NCBI RefSeq assembly: GCF_018350175.1
Contig: NC_058383.1
Span: forward strand, 30,568,001-30,632,000
Reading direction: 5' to 3'
Length of the DNA stretch: 64,000 nucleotides
Source: Felis catus
Taxonomy: Eukaryota
The number at the start of each line of letters is the position of its first letter. Position 1 is the first letter of the stretch. Below the pieces are notes generated by a model. That model did no database searches. It was not told the origin of the DNA and saw only the letters and a list, made by a program, of their open reading frames with translations. The translations under genes were made by a program, and so were the position numbers. Positions 1-11,592 of the stretch are shown piece by piece.

Positions 1-40
1 TTCTGTCATCGTTAATGGTCCTTAGAATTTGTGCCAAACT

Positions 41-260
41 GGGCCGCCTGGGTGCCTCAGTCGGTTAAGTGTCCGACTTCGGCTCAGGTCATGATCTCGT
101 GGTTCATGAGTTCGAGCCCTGTGTCGGGCTCTGTGCTGACAGCTCGGAGCCTGGAGCCTGCTTCTGATTCTGTGTCTCCCTCTCTCTCTGACCCTCCCCC
201 CATTCGTGCTCTGTCTCTCTCTGTCTCAAAAATAAATAAACGTTAAAAATTTTTTTTTTT
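41..260 (+). mobile_element. Can-SINE (SINEC_Fc-like) with 16-bp TSD
   Basis: tRNA-like head, (CT)n tract and A/T tail; TSD AGAATTTGTGCCAAAC at 24-39 and 261-276. Confidence 0.95.
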
Positions 261-656
261 AGAATTTGTGCCAAACCGTTTAGTTTCCAATTAGATTGGT
301 AAATTCCTTGGGAGCAGGAACAGTATCTTCACTTGTGGTAAACGTGACAGGATGCTGATCACATAGTAGATACTCACTTAAGTATTCCCTCTTTCGATTG
401 TTGGTATGTAAGGACAGGAAAGCAGGAAGAGAATGGTCTTACTCTCTCCATAAGTTTCCAGGAAAAAAATATCTATACACAAAATTTGGTGAGAGCACAA
501 ACCAAAACAAGATCAAAATGTTTTCCCTACCCTTTCAAGTGCCACACCTTCAAACGCTGTATAGTCCAATGGTGGAAGGAAACCGATTCAGAGACCACAC
601 TACCCGGAATTCAGAAGACATTCAGTTAGTGCTGAGTTTAATAATTTAATATTTCA

Positions 657-878
657 GGGCGCCTGGGTGGCTCAGTCAGTTAAGCGTCTGACTTCAGCTC
701 AGGTCATGATCTCGCACTCCGTGAGTTCGAACCCCACATCAGGCTCTGTGCTGACAGCTCAGAGCCTGGAGCCAGCTTTGGATTCTCTGTGTGCCTTCTC
801 TCTCTGCTCCTCCCCCACTTAGGCTCTGTCTCACTTTGTCTCTCAAAAATAAACACATGTTAAAACAAATTTTAAAAA
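657..878 (+). mobile_element. Can-SINE with 17-bp TSD
   Basis: GGGCGCCTGGGTGGCTCAG head; TSD AATAATTTAATATTTCA at 640-656 and 879-895. Confidence 0.95.
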
Positions 879-1254
879 AATAATTTAATATTTCAAATAA
901 CCTTCCCACACCCAGTGTCCAACAAGATTATTAATGCTGGATTTTTGTAATTCTCTGAACTTCGAATTCTGCTGCAGTCCTTCCCCAGAACACTCTCTTC
1001 TGTCAATGAAATGACTGCCTCTGCCTAAGGCTTGCCTCTTCTTCACCTTTGCCCCAGCTTGTCCCCTGTCTGAAAGCCTTCTTCCCTTCTGTCTTCATAG
1101 GCTGGGCCTTTGAAGTCAACACAGGGATTCCCTCTGACATAAGTGATAAGGAAGTCTCTCCTTCTGGAAGTCCACAAGATGCTTTCTGCAGTGTACTTAG
1201 GGTTTGGATCCTACTACACCTCAGAACATGGAGTTAAGCGTTTACTACACAGCC

Positions 1255-1460
1255 GGTTGCCTGGGTGGCTCAGTTGGTTAAGCCTCTGACTTCAGCTCAG
1301 GTCATGACCTTGTGGTTCATGGGTTCAAGCTCCGTGTCGGGCTCTGCACTGATGGTGCAGAGCCTGCTTGGGATTCTGTCTCTCTCTTTCTCTCTGCCCC
1401 TGCCCTACTTGTGTGCTCTCTCTCTCTCTCTCAAAAATAAATAAAACATTAAAAAAAAAA
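1255..1460 (+). mobile_element. Can-SINE
   Basis: GCCTGGGTGGCTCAG head, (CT)n tract, AAATAAA and poly(A) tail. Confidence 0.9.
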
Positions 1461-1499
1461 GACTCTGGTATACCCCTACATTAGCTTTCTTTTCTGCCA

Positions 1500-1665
1500 C
1501 TGCCTGGGTAAGTGACCTCAGGCAAAGCTCTAATCTTCTTTAGGCCTCAGTTTCTCCATCCATAAAATGGACATAAACACAGCACCAACCCCGAAGAGTT
1601 CCTCCAAGGACTTAGTAAAATAACTACAAAGCACTTCACAGCCAGGCGTATAGTAAGTGTTCCTT
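1500..1665. mobile_element. MIR fragment
   Basis: MIR core-like GTGACCTCAGGCAAA...GGCCTCAGTTTCTCCATCCATAAAATGG. Similar MIR cores occur at ~2710-2920, ~6730-6960, ~40480-40660 and ~55270-55470. Confidence 0.7.
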
Positions 1666-1681
1666 TAAATATTAGTTCTCA

Positions 1682-1805
1682 GGAGACCCTGACTGGCTCA
1701 GTTGGTGGAGCATATGACTCTGGATCTTGGAGTTGTGAATTCGAGCCCCATGTTGGGTGTAGAGATTGCTTAAAAAAAAAAAAACTCAAAAAATAAATAA
1801 GTAAG
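1682..1805 (+). mobile_element. Short Can-SINE subfamily (no CT tract)
   Basis: tRNA-like head ending GGGTGTAGAGATT followed directly by poly(A); flanked by TAAAT(A/G)TTAGTTCTCA repeats. A second copy of this short type is at ~29262-29370. Confidence 0.85.
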
Positions 1806-1903
1806 TAAATGTTAGTTCTCATTACGATCTTGCAATCTGATATTGGTTTGTAATTTTAACATCTGGCCTCATACATTGCAGACTTTTTAGTTTAAGAATA
1901 TGT

Positions 1904-2110
1904 TGGGGCATCTGGGTGGCTCAGTCGGTTGAGCATCTGACTTCAGCTCAGGTCATGATCTCGCAGTTCATGGGTTCGAGTCCCACGTCAGGATCTGTGC
2001 AGACAGCTTGGTGCCTGGAGTCTACTTCAGATTTTGTGTCTCCCTCTCTCTCTCTGCCCCTCTCCCACTCATGCTCTGTGTCTCCAAAAATGAATGAACA
2101 GTAAAAAAAA
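1904..2110 (+). mobile_element. Can-SINE
   Basis: Typical head, body, CT tract and A tail. Confidence 0.9.
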
Positions 2111-2177
2111 GAAATTTAATGAAATGCTAATGAAATTTAAGTGTCTCAAGGGCATGGGCGAGTTCATCTTCTACATC

Positions 2178-2530
2178 TGTATCAAGCAGCATCTGGTGGG
2201 TAACAAACCACCCCAAAGCTTAGTGGCTTAAAATAATACTCCATACTTCACCACTAATTTAGTGTGTGCTCTTGATCGCGTGGTTGGCATTTGGAGTTGG
2301 GTTCAGCTGGAAAGTTCTTCCGTTCCCCTCATGCATCCATGGTCAGCTGCTGGCCAGCCACACTGATGTTTGCCAGCTGAGATGGCAGGCGTGAGGAGGA
2401 CATATCTCTCTCCTAGATGCAAGAGGCAGAAACAGACTCCACCTCCTGATGGGGGAAGGGCAGACAGGTTGCAAAGGGATATTGCTAGAGAGAAAGTAGA
2501 GAAAAGTCATGTTTGCTGTTTCTGGAACCA
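2178..2530 (-). mobile_element. Old MaLR LTR (MLT1-like)
   Basis: GTAACAAACCACCCCAAAGCTTAGTGGCTTAAAA and AGACTCCACCTCCTGATGGG motifs typical of MLT1 LTRs. Confidence 0.65.
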
Positions 2531-3372
2531 CAGCTGAGCCTAATACCCACCTGCTGTGCAGGAAACCCTCGCCGGATGAGTGTTTCTCTTAGCAACTGAA
2601 TTTAAAAATTTGGCAAATGGTATTTGTTTATTTGTGCCCTGCAACCCGGCAGAGCCTGCCTTGGGGACTACTGTTAAGCCCCGGATTTCCTACTGACTGA
2701 CTGTGTGGTCTTGACCCTGAGCCTCGGGGTTTTCATGAATAAAATGGAGATTATAATTCTCACCCCACAGAGTTGTAATTTGGCATGAGTACAACTTAAC
2801 CTCTCTACACCTCAGTTTCCTCGTATGAAACATGGGCACAAATCCTCCCCCTCTCGCAGGGCTTTGGGGAGCATTCCAGTGGGACGGTGTGTGCAAAGTG
2901 CTTTGCTGAAGTGATCGTGATTATTCCTACTTGGATCACATTGCTTCGCACAGCGGTGTTAACACTCAGTAAATGTTGGGTCCAACAAAGCACCCTGGCT
3001 ATAGAAATCCCAGCTTCCGTTCGATTTGTTGCCAAAAGAGATGCCCTGAAACACTCCAGGTGAAGAACTCCAAGTCCACGGATGCTGCCCAAGGAGCTCT
3101 TGGAAAATCTGCTCCTGCAAGCAGCCTCCGCCAGTCCTGCCCAATAACCTCTGGGGCCCACTGTTCCTGTCTGCTGGACACCTCTGCCCGTTTCTCAACC
3201 ATCCAGCCACAGCGCCGTGGCCAACACCTGCAAAGCGAAAGTAGGTCACCTTAATAGTCGAGATATAGAGGCAGGCCAGATGCATGAGAAAGGGACAGAG
3301 CGGGTGAAGCCAGTTGTCAGGGATGAGAGGTAGAGAGCGGGGGACCAAGAGACTTTTGTAATCTTCTTGGAC

Positions 3373-3530
3373 AGGAAAGGGGTAGGGGGGTAGGGAAGGA
3401 AGGTTGGAAGAAGGGAGAAGAGGAAAGGAGGAGAGAAAGGAAGGAAGGAAGGAAGGATGGAAAGGCAGAAGGAAGAAAAGGGAGAGAGGAGGGGAGGAAG
3501 AAGGGAGGAAGAAGGGTGGGAGGGAGCCTG
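3373..3530. repeat. Polypurine (GGAA/GGA-rich) low-complexity tract
   Basis: About 155 bp almost entirely G/A on the + strand, including (GGAA)n. Confidence 0.9.
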
Positions 3531-4213
3531 GGAGGCCGATGGCAGATTTGCGGGCTGCGGGGCAGACAGTTCCGGGTGGCCTCGGAGCCCGGAGGCTGGA
3601 GATGCTAAGTGAGCCTTCATATCTGCTGCCCACTTAATTGCCTGCGGAAGCCGCGGCGACAGAGGAGGCCCCGCCCTCTGCCAAAGCTTTCAGAGTGCTC
3701 CCTGGGGCTTCACTCCCTCTAGGGGACTCCCATTTAGGCCAGTGTTAATGGGTCCCCTGCCGAGAAGCTCTCCACCGTGCAGTTAAAAATGCCTCGTTCA
3801 GATAATCACCATCAGAACCCAAAAGGCCCCTGGGCTGGAAAGGTGAGCTCGGGCTGCCCTTCTGGGCAAGCCTGGAGCAAGGCACCTGCTCACCTGCCCT
3901 TTTGCAGGCAGATGGCAGGGTTCTGCAGACTCCAGCCTTGCAGCGTGAAGAATCCCCAACAGAGGAGGGCCCTTAGCGCAAACCCAGGATCCGGACTTCA
4001 GATCCAGCCTGACAGCAGAACAGGGGAAGAAATCCCAGGCATCTGGAATCTCCCCCCAGGGAGGCTCCCAGGTAGTTAGGCAGGGTTCCCTGGGTGGGCA
4101 CCAGCCCGTGTGGCAGGCTCCGGGGACGCCGTAGCCCTGCGCCCAGGGAGCATAGATTTCCAGGAGGGGACAGAGAGGCCACATAAACCTGTGAGTAATT
4201 AAAATAACTTTAG

Positions 4214-4420
4214 AGGGACATCTGTGTGGCTCAGTCGATTAAGCGTCCAACTTTGGCTCAGGTCATGATCTCATGGTCTGTGAGTTCAAGCCCTGTGCTG
4301 ACATCTCGGAGCCTGGAGCCTGCTGTGGATCCTGTGTTTCCCCTCTCTCTGCCCCTTCGCTGCTCATGCTCTCTCTGTCTCAAAAATAAACATTAAAAAC
4401 TTAAGAAAATAATAAAAAAT
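4214..4420 (+). mobile_element. Can-SINE (internally deleted)
   Basis: Head GGGACATCTGTGTGGCTCAG, CT tract and A-rich tail. Confidence 0.88.
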
Positions 4421-5437
4421 AAATTTAGAAAGTGGAGAGAATAAGTAGGATGTTGTGCTGATACTTGGCCTGGAGTGGGGACCACGAAGAAGGGTGCCAT
4501 TAGGCAAAGTGACCAGGGAAGGCCTCTCCAGGGTAAGACCCTCCAGCCAAAGCCTGAATGTTGCTGTAACCGGAACTCTAGAGGTCCAGTGCTTGGCGTG
4601 TGTCAGATTGGACATGCCCCGTGTAAGAGTTGAAAGCAAAGAACTTCTCGTTACTTGTTACAAGTAAGGAGATGAGGAGATCGTTCTCAAAGCACCGTCT
4701 CCCAGTGGGGTTAGTACAGGAAGCTCTTATTCAGTGCGTCAGGGGCCGGGGACAGGGAGCTTGCAGAGACACTGCTGTCCCAATGGCACACCCCTCGCAT
4801 GTCACCATGCTAGTGCACACATTGTATGTTCAAAACATGGCAGGAAATTCTGAATAGTATAATGAGCTAAAGGTGACTTTAGGTCAGCTCGGGGGTGGGG
4901 GGGGGGGCTTCTGTGTGAGCCCTCAGCTCCAGGCTGGCTCCAGCTGGCTCACATACGGGGACTCTCAGGCAAAACACCTATTTTGGGGTGTCCTTGGCTG
5001 TTGGTTCTGCAGAACGAGACCCGTATATACGTTCCCTGCTTTTGTCCCCTCCTCTCTTCTGCCAGTAGTGTTCAGTCCCCTATTTGAGGAACGTCTCCTG
5101 GCATCCCAGCTAACTAGATGCCGAAGCTGGGATCTGAGAACAGAATATCGTGCTTGGAGGGAAGAGCAGGCCAAGGGCCTGAGTTTGGAACCAGCTTAGC
5201 ATGTTAGAAGAACAGACAGAAGGCCAGTGTGATGAGACTATAGTGAGTTGATGAGAGACAGAACCGGAGAGGCTGGTTGTCGTAGCCAGACTCTAAGACA
5301 GCCCCCAGCAAACTTTCAGGACTGAGGCACCCTTCTCAACACACATGGGAGGGCGACGATTTGAGCCCGACACCGTGAAGTGACCAGATTTCTCAAACTT
5401 GAAAGCAGCCAGACTTCCTACACCACCACGCTTTTCG

Positions 5438-6106
5438 TGAATAAAAATTCGACCGAATAAGTTGTAAAGATCTAATTGGCTTTATTAATTGATTCATGAA
5501 TCAGGCAACATCCCACCTAGCAGGTAGAAGGGTGCTCCAAAGGGCTGCAGAAAGAAAAGGGTTCTAAAGGGAGAAAGGGAGCAGAGAAAAGGGAAATTAT
5601 TACCTATGCATCCATTGGTTTAGGCAAGGTCACCATCCTAAAGGGAACAGAAGGGGGTCTATCAGTAAACTTCCCAGTGTGGACCAGAAAATTCCCCTGT
5701 TGACTGGTTAAAGCTTACATTCCTGGGGTGCCTGGGTGGCTCAGTCGGTTAAGCATCCAACTTCAGCTCAGGTCATGATCTCGTGGTTCGTGAGTTCAAG
5801 GCCCATGTCAGGCTCTGTGTTGACAGCTCAGAGCCTGAAGCCTGTTTCAGATTCACTGTCTCCCTCTCTCTCTCTGCCTCTCCCTTGCCCACTCTCTCTC
5901 TTTCAAAAATAAATAAACTTAAAAAAAAATAAAGGTTACCTTCCTGGGGGGCAGGGGTTGAAACTGTAATGAGGTGAGGTATTAAGTCTTGGTTGACTGA
6001 CTTGGGACCCTAATCTAAGTGACACCATTTTGGACCTGTGGTGTTTTGGTGTTTTTTTTTTTTTGTTTTTTTTTTTTTGTTTTTGTATTGTTTTGTTTTT
6101 TTAACA
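5438..6106 (-). mobile_element. Probable solo ERV LTR interrupted by a Can-SINE (5724-5930, +)
   Basis: The minus strand reads TGTTAA...TTCA, with AATAAA (TTTATT at ~5481) near the 3' end. The inserted SINE is flanked by AAAG(C/G)TTAC(A/C)TTCCTGGGG repeats. Confidence 0.6.
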
Positions 6107-7139
6107 ATCCTCTAAGGGATATTCTGTGTTTTTTAATTAGTGTTAATGGAACATGTTGAACTCCTTGATGCCCTAGAATCTTCTGCATATTTGTGATGAC
6201 TTAACCACCTATTTTAACTGATGTCTCCCCCACCCCCATTTATGTACTAAGGAAAGCTGTTCAAGTGAGTCATACGTGCATCAGGTCTCACCTTCCCTGC
6301 ATTTTACAGCAAGCTCCCAGGAGATTCTTGGGGACTGTCCTTTCTGGTGCTGCTGCGTTTGATGGCGAATATGGGGGACACTCCCTTTAGAATGTGTCAG
6401 GCTGTGCCAGTATAGGGTCAGGGAAAGCTCTCTGAACCAATGGCCGGCAGCGTTCAGTGTCGATGACCCATCCCATGTGCCAGCGCCCCGGGAGACCTGA
6501 GGAGGGAGCGTGGGATTAACAGCTCAAAGGACCCAGCACAGAAGAAGACAGGCCAGGGGCTAAATCCAGCTGAGCCTCTAAAGGCTGTGTGAGTTGAGGA
6601 ACATTAGTTGCCCTCTCCCGGCCTCTGACTCTTTAGCCATAAAATGTTACACATTGCGCTTTCTAAGGCGAAGGGGATACAATGATGCCTAAAATTAAGT
6701 AACCCATCTCAGGATACTAGCAACAGGGCACAGTGGTTATAAGTGGTGGCTCTGGGGCCTGGCCACCTGGTTCACATCCCGGGTCTTCTCGTTGCTACCT
6801 CATGAGCCTTTGCCAAAGACATGGCTACTCTCTCCCTCAGTTTCCTCATCTGTATTATGGGCATAATGACGGCACCCACCTCATTAGATTGCTCTCAAAA
6901 TGGAAAGAGTAAAGCACTTAGAACAGTGTTTGGAATACATTCAGTAAACGCCAGCTATTATTCTTTAAATGTGCCAGAGTGCCTGAGACATAGTGAGAAC
7001 TAGATAAAGCGTAGCCATGATTAGGAGAAACAACCAGCCCACCAACAGAAAACATCAAACCTTACAGCTTCTGGTGAGTTCTCGAGTGTTGCCTCCAGTC
7101 TGTCTGAACCCTTAGATATGGATTGAATGCAGCTGTTCT

Positions 7140-7390
7140 TTCTTTTTATTATTTGTTTTTCAAACGTTTATTTATTTATTAAGTGTTCACTTATTTTTGA
7201 GAGAGAGAGAGAGGCAGAGCTTGAGCAGGGGAGGGGGGCAGAAAGAGAGGGAGACACAGAGTCCGAAGCAGGCTCCAGGCCCCAAGCTGTCAGCACAGAG
7301 CCCGACGTGGGGCTCCAACCCACAAACTGTGAGATCATGACCTGAGCCAAAACCAAGAGTCTGTTGCTCAACCAACCGAGCCACCCAGCC
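7140..7390 (-). mobile_element. Can-SINE
   Basis: Reverse-complement tail, GA tract and head. Confidence 0.9.
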
Positions 7391-8198
7391 ATGAGTCCCA
7401 GGCAAAGCTTGTTCGCAGAACATGCATGTCATAGTCTAATTCTCAAGGAGCCATCTCATGTCCACGCTCTGGTTCCATGAGCCATCCACTGACCATGGTC
7501 CCACCTCACTGCTCCACACATACTTCTCCATGTGTCAGTCTTCCTGGAAAGGGGCCACCAGAATTCCTTCTCACATGCTCTCTTTTGATGCTTAATGCTA
7601 CTCTGTCATCTTGCAAAGAATCACTCTGTCATCTTGCAAGAATCCCATGTGGCCAGGGAGTTAATCTAAAAAGACCAAGCCCTTCCCTCTATCTATGAGC
7701 CTAGAAATAGGCTTTTCCTGGAATACTTTAGCAGCTGTTCATCCTCTGGCCAGTCCTGGTTCGGAAAGGGTTAATGCTATTTTTGTTTTGATGGACCCGA
7801 AATATGAAGGGGTAGCAGTTCTTCTGGTTCCTACCCTAAAATTAAATCAGTCTTTTAGGGAACGGTGGGACTGGAAAGATTAAGAGCTATATTTCGTTAT
7901 TCATTAAATTTTTTTCCTTTTTATTCTGAATTTCATTAGCTTTGTGTTAATATTGTGACCAAAATTAATCTTAGACCAGAGTCAAAGCATTATTCTACAT
8001 ATTCCTTAAAATATATTTTACCTTCAGAAACTTGGCAAGTGGGAAAATATAATTCACTATTAAAACGGGCCTGCTAATTTGCAGTATTCAGAGAATTGTG
8101 GAGGAAAACAAGAAATAACACAAAGGAAGAATTTGGAGAAGAAAACACGAGACTAGCGCAAAAGAAAAGACCCGCTCAGACCTAAAGGAACAGGAAGA

Positions 8199-8917
8199 TT
8201 CCCTATCTTGGCTGTTGTAGTAGCTGGTGCTGTAATAAACAAGGGGGTGCAGTTATCTTTTCGAATTAGTGTTTTCATAGTCTTGGGGTAAATCCAGCGA
8301 TTGCTGGGTCATTGGGTAGTTCTACTTTAACTTTCTGAGCACTCCATGCTGCTTTCTACAGTGGCTGCACCAGTTTGCATTCCCACCAACAGTGCACGAG
8401 GGTTCCTTTTTCCACATACACTCACCAACGCCTGTTGTTTCTTGTGTTTTTGATGTTAGGCATTCTGACAGTCAAGTGGTATCTCATTGTGGTTTTAATT
8501 TCCATTTCCCTGATGATGAGTGATGTTGAGCATCCTCCCATGTATCTGTTGGCCATCTGGATGTCTTCATTGGTAAAATGTTTATTCAGGTCCTCTGATC
8601 ATTTTAAATTTTTTTTTTCAACATTTCTTTATTTTTGGGACAGAGAGAGACAGAGCATGAACGGGGGAGGGGCAGAGAGAGAGGGAGACACAGAATTGGA
8701 AGCAGGCTCCAGGCTCTGAGCCATCAGCCCAGAGCCTGACGCGGGGCTTGAACTCACGGACCGCGAGATCGTGACGTGGCTGAAGTCGGACGCTTAACCG
8801 ACTGCGCCACCCAGGCGCCCCCTCTGATCATTTTTAATGGATTATATGTTTTGGGGAGCTGGAGTGTCCTTCCATAGATGGATGGATAACAAAGATGTGA
8901 TACACACACACACACAT

Positions 8918-8962
<45 letters not shown>

Positions 8963-9327
8963 GGAATATTACTCAACCATAAAAAATGAAATCTTGCCAT
9001 TTGCAACAACATGGATGGATCAAGATGGTGTAATGTTAAGTGAAGTAAGTCAGTCATAGAAAAGACAAGTACCATATGATTTCACTCATATGTGGAATTT
9101 AAGAAACAGACGAACAAAGAAAAAAAGAGACAAAAAAAAGGTTTTACGAGAACAAAGTGATGGTTATCACAGGGGACGTGGGGAGGATGGGTTAAATAGG
9201 TGATGGGGATTAAGGGGTGCACTTGTTATGATGAGCACTGAGAAAGGTATAGAACTGTTGAATCATATTGTATGTATGAAACTAGTACAACACAGTAGTT
9301 AATTATACTTTAATAACAAAATAAATG
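8199..9327. mobile_element. 5'-truncated, 5'-inverted carnivore L1 (8199-~8865 antisense; ~8865-9327 sense with A-rich tail)
   Basis: Both halves match the L1 ORF2 C-terminus/3'UTR in opposite orientations. TSD AAGGAACAGGAAGA 8185-8198 / AAGGAACTGTAAGA 9328-9341. Contains a SINE (8608-8820) and (CA)n at ~8902-8960. Confidence 0.85.
8608..8820 (-). mobile_element. Young SINEC_Fc-type SINE inserted in L1
   Basis: TSD CCTCTGATCATTTT(T)AA on both sides; carries the GTGGCGCAG head variant. Confidence 0.95.
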
Positions 9328-9344
9328 AAGGAACTGTAAGACAG

Positions 9345-9580
9345 TATTTTCTGCAAAAGGCCAGATAGTAAATAACATTCAACTTTTGGGGCCGTACAAT
9401 TTCTATGGCAGCCGCTCACCTCCACCCTTGTTTGTGAAGAGCAGCCACTGACCATATGTGAATGAGCAAGTGTGGTTTGTGTTCTCATGAAACTTTACTG
9501 ATGCAAATGAAACTTGAATTTCAGATAATTTTCCTACATCGCTGATATTCCTTGTTTTTCTCCCCCGACTATTTATTTAT
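9345..9580. mobile_element. MER58-like hAT-Charlie MITE, followed by a minus-strand Can-SINE (~9585-9796)
   Basis: TTTTCTGCAAAAGGCCAGATAGTAAATA...AAACTTTACT motifs of MER58. Confidence 0.7.
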
Positions 9581-10308
9581 ATAACATTTTTTAATATTTA
9601 TTTATTTTTGAGACAAAGAGAGACAGAGCATGAACGGGGGTGGGTCAGAGGGAGACGGAGACACAGAACCTGAAACAGGCTCCGGGCTCTGAGCTGTCAG
9701 CACAGAGCCCAATGCGTGGCTCAAACTCAACAGGTGCGAGATCATGACCTGAGCCAAAGTCAGACGCTTAACCGACTCAGCCACCCAGGCGCCCCTAAAA
9801 AATTTTTTTAAAAGAAAAGAAATTGTGAACAAATCTAGATCTGTACCTAGTGGGGAGTTTCAGTTCAGACACCAGTCAGAGAGTGGCAAACAAAAGATGT
9901 CTAAATGGCTTCTTCTGGCATTTTCGTCCCTCTGTGTTCCACTGCCAAACAAGCAGATCCTTAGGCCAAATGATCTAATTTCTGGGCATTTCCCCCCACA
10001 GATGTAAGCAAATATATGTGTACAAGGATATCCCTGACAACACTGTCATAGAGAAAAACTGGAAACAGCCTGAACATCCGTATTCAGCCCTAAAGAAACA
10101 CGTGGAAGATCCATAGTGTGGGGAATTATGCAGCAGTTACAAAGAATGAGGTCAGCTTTTATAAACTGATGTGGATCCATGTCCAAGATGTCTTGTTAAG
10201 GAAAAAAAGAAGGTGCAGAATAGCGGGTTTAATATTATTCCAATGTTTGCTTGAATATGGAGAGTAAAAAAAGTTAAGAAGGAAAAATCCTGTTCTACGA
10301 ATAGCAGT

Positions 10309-10780
10309 TGGGGCGCCTGGGTGGCTCAGTCGGTTAAGTGTTTGACTCTTGATTTCAGCTCAGGTTATGATCTCACAGTTCGTGGGCTCAAGCCCCACAT
10401 AAGGCTCTGCACTGATGGCACAGAGCCTGCTTGGGATTCTCTCTCTCTACCACCCCTCTGGTCCTCTCCCACTCATACTCTCTCAAAATAAATAAACATT
10501 TTAAAATAAATAAACAGCAGTTATCTTGGGGGATGAAGACAATGATGGGCTTTAATACTTCATTTTAGGGGCGCCTACGTGGCTCAGTAGGTTAAGTGTC
10601 TGACTTCGGCTCAGGTCATGATCTCAACAGTTTGTGGGTTTGAGCCCCACATCGGGCCTGTGCTGACAGCTCAGAGCCTGGAGCCTGCTCTGGATTCTAT
10701 GCCTCCCTCTCTCTGCCCCTCCCCCACCTATGTGTGTGCATGCACACATGCTCTCTCTTTCAAAAATAAACATTTAAAAA
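10309..10780 (+). mobile_element. Two Can-SINEs (10309-10512 and 10567-10780)
   Basis: Two complete heads and tails, each with short flanking direct repeats (AGCAGTT; TACT(T/AT)TCATTTTA). Confidence 0.9.
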
Positions 10781-10847
10781 AGTTACTATTTCATTTTAAC
10801 CCTTTCTGTACTCCAGATTTTTTGCAACCGATATTTTTGTTACTTTA

Positions 10848-11592
10848 TATAATGATTAACTTTAGGGGTCAACTTGAGTGGGATGCAGGGTGTCCATTTA
10901 TCTGGTTAAACATTATTTCTGGGTTTCTGTGAGGGTGTTTCCAGAGGAGGTTAGCATTTGAACTGGTGAACTGAGTAAGGTGTGTATCACTCCTTGATAT
11001 GGGTGTCATCATGCAATCCATTCATATGCCAAATAGAACAAAATGGCAGAGGAAGGGGGAATTCACTCTCTGCCTGAGGAAGGGGGAATTCAGTCCCTGC
11101 CCCAGGGACTCCGGGTTCTCAGGTCTTCAGACTCAGAATGGATTCTACACCACTGACTTTCCTGACCTTAGGTCTTTGAATTATTCCACTGGCTTTCCTG
11201 GGTCTGTAGCTTGCAGGTGACAAATTGTGCAATTTCTCAGCCTTCATAATCTAGTGAACCAGTTCTTTATCATTAAATTTAATTTTAGATATAAATGTCA
11301 ATGTAGATATAAAGATTTATGTGTCTATATAGAGAGACATGTCTGTATCTTATCTTTCCATCCATCCATCCATCCATCCATCCATCCATCCGTCTATCCA
11401 TGCACCCATCCATCCTGTCTATCTCCATTGATCCATTGATCCATCGATCCATCCATCCACCTATCCATCCATCCATCCATCCATCCATCCATCCATCCAT
11501 CTATCCATGTACCCATCCATCCTGTCTTTCTATCTATCTATCCATCTATCTATCTCATATTGGTTCTCTCCTGGAGAACCCTAACAAATATA
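10848..11592 (+). mobile_element. MLT2 (ERVL) LTR containing a (TCCA)n/(TCTA)n microsatellite
   Basis: GTCAACTTGA...CTGGTTAAACATTATTTCTGGGT...GTGAGGGTGTTTCCAGAGGAG start and CTGGAGAACCCTAACAAATAC end. Microsatellite at ~11357-11555. Confidence 0.8.

Noticed and set aside
1682..1760. tRNA-like sequences (also ~29262-29340 and all SINE heads)
   Set aside because: They are SINE heads with A/B boxes followed by a SINE tail, poly(A) and TSD; no intact cloverleaf.
2959..3633. 224-aa and 124-aa minus-strand ORFs with hydrophobic F/L/S/P stretches
   Set aside because: The apparent transmembrane character comes from translating the polypyrimidine tract. They do not resemble SHISA9 or any protein I recognise.
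7600..7640. Short direct duplications (ACTCTGTCATCTTGCAA x2; also ~11049-11092, ~16828-16881, ~27018-27048, ~40388-40422 and ~49302-49328)
   Set aside because: Two or three copies of 11-25 bp are ordinary slippage duplications; there is no CRISPR-like repeat-spacer array.
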